Assembly: GCF_026000435.1 (NCBI RefSeq)
Contig: NZ_AP026764.1
Span: 424,336 to 448,335, forward strand
Reading direction: 5' to 3'
Length of the DNA stretch: 24,000 bases
Origin: Vibrio sp. STUT-A11
GTDB taxonomy: Bacteria; Pseudomonadota; Gammaproteobacteria; Enterobacterales; Vibrionaceae
Each line of letters begins with the position of its first letter. Within the stretch, counting starts at the first letter, position 1. The translations under genes were made by a program, and so were the position numbers. Shown piece by piece: positions 19,056-24,000 of the stretch. Below the pieces are notes generated by a model. The model was not told the DNA's origin, did no database searches, and saw only the letters and a list, made by a program, of their open reading frames with translations.

Positions 19056-21446
19056 ATGGCCTTAAACGAAGCGGATACTTGCCGAGTCTATGTGACGCCA
19101 AAACTTAAAGAGTCTGGTTGGGAAAGCAATCCTAGCGCAATAACTGAACAGTACACATTTACTGATGGTCGTGTTCAGTTTAAGGGCAGCAAAGTTCAGC
19201 GTGGCGAGCAAAAGCGAGCTGATTATTTACTTAAGTACACTCGTGATTTTCCTATTGCCGTTGTTGAGGCTAAACCTGAAAAAAGCCCTGTAGGTCAAGG
19301 GATGCAACAGGCAAAAGATTACGCAGAAATCTTAGGGTTAAAGTTTGCTTATTCAACCAATGGTCATGAGATCCTAGAGTTTGATTACACCACTGGTGAA
19401 GAGCAGTTATTGTCGCGCTTTCCAACCCCTGAAGAGTTATTCAGTCGGCTTTGTGGTGATGAAGGTTTAAAGGATGAAGATCTTGATACCTTACTGTCTC
19501 CTTACCACCATGTCTCGGGTTACTCACCGCGTTACTACCAGCAAATTGCCATAAACCGCGCAGTCCAGTCGGTACTTCAAGGTAAAAAGCGCTCATTAAT
19601 TACGATGGCAACGGGTACGGGTAAGACAGTTGTCGCTTTTCAAATTAGTTGGAAGCTGTGGAGTGCTCGCTGGAACCGCACGGGAGACTATAGAAAGCCT
19701 CGCATTCTATTTCTGGCAGATAGAAATGTGTTGGTAGATGATCCAAAGGATAAAACATTTACCCCGTTTGGTGATGCAAGGCATAAAATTGAAGGTGGTA
19801 AAGCCGTTAAAAGTCGTGAGATTTATTTTGCGATTTATCAATCCATTGCTAGTGATGAGCGTCGTCCAGGCTTGTATAAAGAGTTTCCGCAAGACTTTTT
19901 TGATCTAATCATCATCGATGAGTGTCATAGAGGCAGTGCCCGTGACAACAGTAACTGGCGCGAAATTCTAGAGTATTTTGAGCCAGCTTTCCAAATCGGT
20001 ATGACGGCGACTCCGCTGCGCGAAGATAACCGCGATACTTACCGTTATTTTGGCAACCCAATTTATACCTATAGTTTGCGCCAAGGTATTGATGACGGAT
20101 TTCTTGCTCCATACCGCGTACACCGAGTCATTTCGGAAGTTGATGCGGCAGGCTGGCGACCAAGCAAAGGCGATGTAGACCGCTTTGGACGAGAAATCCC
20201 TGATGGAGAATACCACACCAAGGACTTCGAGCGAGTTATTGCGTTAAAGGCACGAACAGATACGTTTGCTAAGCACCTGACAGACTTTATGAAGCGAACC
20301 GATCGCTTTGCAAAAACGATCGTGTTTTGTGTCGATCAAGAGCACGCTGACGAAATGCGTCGGGCGCTTAATAACTTGAATTCTGACCTTGCACGTAAGC
20401 ATCCTGATTACGTAGCACGAGTGACATCAGAAGAAGGGAAAATTGGCAAAGGGCACCTCAGTCGTTTTCAAGAGCTGGAAACCAGTACCCCAGTGATACT
20501 GACCACTTCACAGCTATTAACAACGGGGGTAGATGCACCAACCTGTAAAAATGTTGTGCTTGCGCGTGTTGTTAACTCAATGAGTGAGTTCAAGCAAATT
20601 GTTGGCCGTGGTACCCGCTTACGCGAAGATTACGGCAAGCTTTGGTTCAACATCATTGATTATACCGGTTCCGCTACACAAAACTTCGCTGACCCTGACT
20701 TTGACGGTTACCCAGAAATTGAAGATGAAGTGGTGATTGATGAAGATGGTGAAGAAGTGGTTGATGACCCTTTAACACCAGATAGTGAAGAGTTAGAGGT
20801 TGCTGAAGATACGGGTGAACACGAAGTGAACACTGAAGCTGAAGGCGCTGATGATGGAGAGGAGCACGAACCGAGAAAGTACTACGTAGACGGTGGGAGC
20901 GTTAAAATTACGTCTCATTTGGTTTATGAGCTAGACGAAGACGGTAAACAACTTCGTGTCATCCAATATACCGACTACACCGCAGAAAAGGTAAAAACCC
21001 TCTTTTCCTCATTGGACGAAATAAAAGATAGTTGGGCTAATCCGTTAAAGAGAGAACAGGTCATTCTCGAACTACAAGAACGAGGGATCCAGTTTGATGA
21101 TTTGGTTGCAGAGTCAGGCAAAACCGATGCAGATCCATTGGATTTACTTTGCCATATAGCATTTAACGTACCGCTGCGAACCAGAAAAGAGCGTGCTAAC
21201 TACTTGAAGAAAAACAAACCTGATTTTTTTGAACAGTACGGTCCAGAGGCCCGCGCTATATTAACGTCTTTATTGGACAAATACACCGACCACGGCCCTA
21301 AGCAATTCAGTATTCCTGATTCGCTACAGGTACCACCCATTTCTGAATATGGCAATGTGATGGAAATAGCCCGCCTTTTTGGCGGTGCGTTGCAAATGAA
21401 AACAGCCGTGGACCAATTACAAACGCTGCTCTATAGCCAGCAATAA
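19056..21446 (+). CDS. hsdR: Type I restriction enzyme R subunit HsdR (EcoEI/EcoAI-like architecture)
   Basis: ORF 18966-21446. The start is set at ATG 19056 (AAGGAAG at 19041-19047). The N-terminal nuclease region contains RADYLL...IAVVEAK. Helicase motifs are MATGTGKT, IIIDECHRGS, MTATPLRED, TTGVDAP and QIVGRGTRL. The C-terminal part resembles the EcoEI R C-terminal domain (DPLDLLCHIAF...). Confidence 0.9.
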   Translation: MALNEADTCRVYVTPKLKESGWESNPSAITEQYTFTDGRVQFKGSKVQRGEQKRADYLLKYTRDFPIAVVEAKPEKSPVGQGMQQAKDYAEILGLKFAYSTNGHEILEFDYTTGEEQLLSRFPTPEELFSRLCGDEGLKDEDLDTLLSPYHHVSGYSPRYYQQIAINRAVQSVLQGKKRSLITMATGTGKTVVAFQISWKLWSARWNRTGDYRKPRILFLADRNVLVDDPKDKTFTPFGDARHKIEGGKAVKSREIYFAIYQSIASDERRPGLYKEFPQDFFDLIIIDECHRGSARDNSNWREILEYFEPAFQIGMTATPLREDNRDTYRYFGNPIYTYSLRQGIDDGFLAPYRVHRVISEVDAAGWRPSKGDVDRFGREIPDGEYHTKDFERVIALKARTDTFAKHLTDFMKRTDRFAKTIVFCVDQEHADEMRRALNNLNSDLARKHPDYVARVTSEEGKIGKGHLSRFQELETSTPVILTTSQLLTTGVDAPTCKNVVLARVVNSMSEFKQIVGRGTRLREDYGKLWFNIIDYTGSATQNFADPDFDGYPEIEDEVVIDEDGEEVVDDPLTPDSEELEVAEDTGEHEVNTEAEGADDGEEHEPRKYYVDGGSVKITSHLVYELDEDGKQLRVIQYTDYTAEKVKTLFSSLDEIKDSWANPLKREQVILELQERGIQFDDLVAESGKTDADPLDLLCHIAFNVPLRTRKERANYLKKNKPDFFEQYGPEARAILTSLLDKYTDHGPKQFSIPDSLQVPPISEYGNVMEIARLFGGALQMKTAVDQLQTLLYSQQ

Positions 21447-21466
21447 CAGAAGTAACGATACGATTT

Positions 21467-23044
21467 ATGGCACGAACAAAGAAAGCAGATCAGCCGATGA
21501 CCACCGCCCAGCAACTAGGCGCGATTGTTAAATCATCTCGGCAAATCATGCGTAAAGATAAAGGCTTAAATGGCGATCTCGATCGCCTGCCAATGCTCAC
21601 TTGGATCATGTTTTTGAAGTTTCTCGACGACTTAGAACAAATGCGAGAAACCGAAGCCGTGCTAGAAGGAAAAAGCTTTCAGCCAGCCATCGAAGCGCCG
21701 TACCGCTGGCGAGACTGGGCAGCAATTGAAGGTGGTATCACCGGCGATGAGCTGATTGCCTTTATTAACAATGATGAAGCAATGCGACCTGATGGCACGC
21801 GTGGCATCGGTTTGTTTGCTTACTTGCGTAGCCTGCAAGGTGATAACGGTGGTGATCGTCGAGATGTGATTGCGACCGTGTTTAAAGGCATGCAAAACCG
21901 AATGATCAACGGATATTTGTTACGTGATGTTGTCGACAAAATAAACGGCATCCATTTCAACTCATCTGAAGAGATGCATACCTTAAGCCGCTTATACGAA
22001 ACCATGCTGCGTGAAATGCGTGATGCCGCTGGTGACTCCGGCGAATTTTATACTCCGCGTCCAGTGGTTCGCTTTATGGTTGAGGTGATGGATCCGCAGT
22101 TGGGTGAGTCTGTATTGGACCCAGCCTGTGGCACGGGTGGTTTTTTGGTTGAAGCGTTCGAACACCTAGAGCGCCAGTGTAAAACAGTCGAAGATCGCAA
22201 AGTATTGCAAGAAAGCAGTATCTTTGGCGGCGAAGCCAAATCTTTGCCTTACTTGTTGGTACAAATGAACCTGTTACTGCATGGTTTGGAGTACCCAAGA
22301 ATTGACCCTGAAAATAGCCTCCGTTTTCCACTACGAGAGATGGGTGACAAAGATCGTGTGGATGTGATCTTAACCAATCCACCTTTTGGTGGTGAGGAAG
22401 AAAAAGGCATTCTTGGTAACTTCCCAGAAGACATGCAAACCGCCGAAACCGCAATGCTGTTCCTTCAGTTGATCATGCGTAAACTCAAGCGTCCTGGTCA
22501 TGGTTCAGACAATGGCGGCCGTGCCGCGGTTGTCGTCCCAAATGGCACGTTATTCAGTGATGGTATCAGCGCACGCATTAAAGAAGATCTGTTAAAAAAC
22601 TTTAATCTGCATACCATTGTTCGTTTGCCGGAAGGGGTATTCGCGCCTTACACCGATATTGCAGGCAACTTACTCTTCTTCGATCGTTCTGGCCCAACAG
22701 ACGATATTTGGTATTACCAAATCACTGTTCCTGAAGGTCGTAAAAAATATACTAAGACTAAACCAATGGAAAGCCATGAGTTTGATGAATGCTGTAACTG
22801 GTGGAGTAATAGGATTGTTAATCAGAATGCATGGAAAGAAAGTGCCTCAGAGATTATTAAATACTCCGAAAGTGGACAACTGATTGACGTAAATTTAGAT
22901 AGAAAAAATCCTAATAGTCTCGAAGTGCTTGAACACGAAGAGCCTATGGATTTGATAGAGAAAATAACCACTAAAGAAGAGTCTCTTTTAGCGATCTTAA
23001 AACAGATTAAAGCTGAAATCCGTACTCAAGGTATCTCTAAATGA
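21467..23044 (+). CDS. hsdM: Type I R-M N6-adenine DNA methyltransferase HsdM
   Basis: 525 aa with an HsdM N-terminal region (LPMLTWIMFLKFLDD), AdoMet motif I VLDPACGTGGFLVEA and catalytic motif IV ILTNPPFGG. Confidence 0.9.
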   Translation: MARTKKADQPMTTAQQLGAIVKSSRQIMRKDKGLNGDLDRLPMLTWIMFLKFLDDLEQMRETEAVLEGKSFQPAIEAPYRWRDWAAIEGGITGDELIAFINNDEAMRPDGTRGIGLFAYLRSLQGDNGGDRRDVIATVFKGMQNRMINGYLLRDVVDKINGIHFNSSEEMHTLSRLYETMLREMRDAAGDSGEFYTPRPVVRFMVEVMDPQLGESVLDPACGTGGFLVEAFEHLERQCKTVEDRKVLQESSIFGGEAKSLPYLLVQMNLLLHGLEYPRIDPENSLRFPLREMGDKDRVDVILTNPPFGGEEEKGILGNFPEDMQTAETAMLFLQLIMRKLKRPGHGSDNGGRAAVVVPNGTLFSDGISARIKEDLLKNFNLHTIVRLPEGVFAPYTDIAGNLLFFDRSGPTDDIWYYQITVPEGRKKYTKTKPMESHEFDECCNWWSNRIVNQNAWKESASEIIKYSESGQLIDVNLDRKNPNSLEVLEHEEPMDLIEKITTKEESLLAILKQIKAEIRTQGISK

Positions 23045-24000
23045 AAGAGTATACTTTAAGGGATGTTCTTATCCGCCAAAAAGAGGCCATCACCGTTGAG
23101 GATGATGCTGAGTATAAGCGCATTACCATTAAAATGAATGGTAATGGCGTGCTCCTTAGAGATGAAGTCATTGGTGACGCTATAGGAACTAAGCGCCAGT
23201 TTCTGGTGAGTTCTGATCAGTTTGTGCTTTCAAAAATTGACGCAAGGAATGGTGCTTTCGGAATAGTGCCTAAAAGCTGTGATGGAGCAATTATTACAGG
23301 AAACTTTTGGGCATTTGACGTCAACTCCGAACTTGCAGATGTTAAATACCTCGATTTCATGTCTAAAACACCAGAGTTCAAAGACTTTTGTATCGTTGCA
23401 AGCGAAGGTACTACTAATCGAAAGTACCTTGACGAAAATAAGTTTCTTGATAAACGGATTTTGCTACCTGAGCTCGCAGAGCAGAAAAAAGTGGTTGCTA
23501 AGATCTTAAAGTTTAAGAATAAGATAGAGCTAGCGCGGAAAATCCGAAACGAGATTTTAAGTGATCTCTACGTGCTGTTAAACAGCACATTTCACAAATT
23601 AATTGAAGGCGCTGTCTACAAGCCGATGTCGAAAGTGGCACCTCTTGAGCGCCGTAAAGTTGAGATCGATGTGAACGCGGAGTACCCAGAGCTTGGTGTG
23701 CGTTGTTTTGGTAACGGTACTTTCCACAAGCCTATTCTTAACGGAATGGACGTTGGTACCAAAAAGCTGTACCAAATGGTTCCCGGTGACTTGGTGTTCA
23801 GTAATGTTTTTGCTTGGGAAGGTGCGATCGCGGTTGTTAAAAAAGAAGACGAAGGTCGTGTCGGTTCGCATCGTTTTATAACGTGTTTACCTAAATCAGG
23901 AGTGGTGACAGCCGATTTCCTTTGCTTTTATTTTCTAACGACTGAGGGGTTAGAGAAAATACAAGCAGCATCCCCTGGAGGTGCTGGAAGGAATAGAACT
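23041..24000 (+). CDS. hsdS: Type I R-M specificity subunit HsdS (3' end beyond the window)
   Basis: Absent from the ORF track because it is open at the window end. ATG 23041 overlaps the hsdM stop (ATGA). Manual translation: MKEYTLRDVLIRQKEAITVEDDAEYKRITIKMNGNGVLLRDE...LSKIDARNGAFGIVP...LPELAEQKKVVAKILKFKNKIELARKIRNEILSDLYVLLNSTFHKL (central conserved helix), then a second TRD ...VGSHRFITCLP...ASPGGAGRNRT. Confidence 0.85.
   Translation, partial: MKEYTLRDVLIRQKEAITVEDDAEYKRITIKMNGNGVLLRDEVIGDAIGTKRQFLVSSDQFVLSKIDARNGAFGIVPKSCDGAIITGNFWAFDVNSELADVKYLDFMSKTPEFKDFCIVASEGTTNRKYLDENKFLDKRILLPELAEQKKVVAKILKFKNKIELARKIRNEILSDLYVLLNSTFHKLIEGAVYKPMSKVAPLERRKVEIDVNAEYPELGVRCFGNGTFHKPILNGMDVGTKKLYQMVPGDLVFSNVFAWEGAIAVVKKEDEGRVGSHRFITCLPKSGVVTADFLCFYFLTTEGLEKIQAASPGGAGRNRT

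Noticed and set aside
23279-23881. Three 62-90 aa ORFs in the last kilobase (both strands)
   Set aside because: They lie inside the hsdS reading frame, which is open to the window end and shows clear HsdS motifs. They are alternative-frame artefacts.

Overview
The window splits into two parts. Positions 1-10.7 kb look like ordinary core chromosome of a marine gamma-proteobacterium (Vibrionaceae-like codon usage; this is an inference). This part holds a partial OmpR-family response regulator, a PtsG-like PTS EIICB transporter, a TonB-dependent receptor with a periplasmic siderophore-binding protein, and a clear ytfQ-ytfR-ytfT-yjfF (galactofuranose-type) ABC operon. At 10927/10928 an outer-membrane beta-barrel gene is cut exactly by a 38-bp Tn3-family terminal inverted repeat, and a mosaic of mobile DNA follows. 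The mosaic contains a second, oppositely oriented 38-mer of GGGGTG...CTAAG form, an intact IS110/IS1111-family element (11108-12457) and a 265-bp IS1 end. It also contains a complete, visibly GC-richer Escherichia-type lac locus: IS1-truncated lacA, a REP-like palindrome, lacY, lacZ, O2, O1, promoter, CAP site, O3 and lacI. The lac genes are close to E. coli K-12 but not identical, so a cloning-vector origin is unlikely. After an unassigned AT-rich 245 bp come a small HTH_17 gene and a type I restriction-modification operon (hsdR-hsdM-hsdS, with hsdS running off the window). The best lead is the roughly 290-bp 3' non-coding tail of the IS110-family element. It carries exact 10-nt copies of the sequences at both of the element's own junctions, just outside a perfect 12-bp subterminal inverted repeat. 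That is the pattern expected for an element-encoded guide (bridge/seek) RNA. I found no CRISPR array, tRNA or rRNA.
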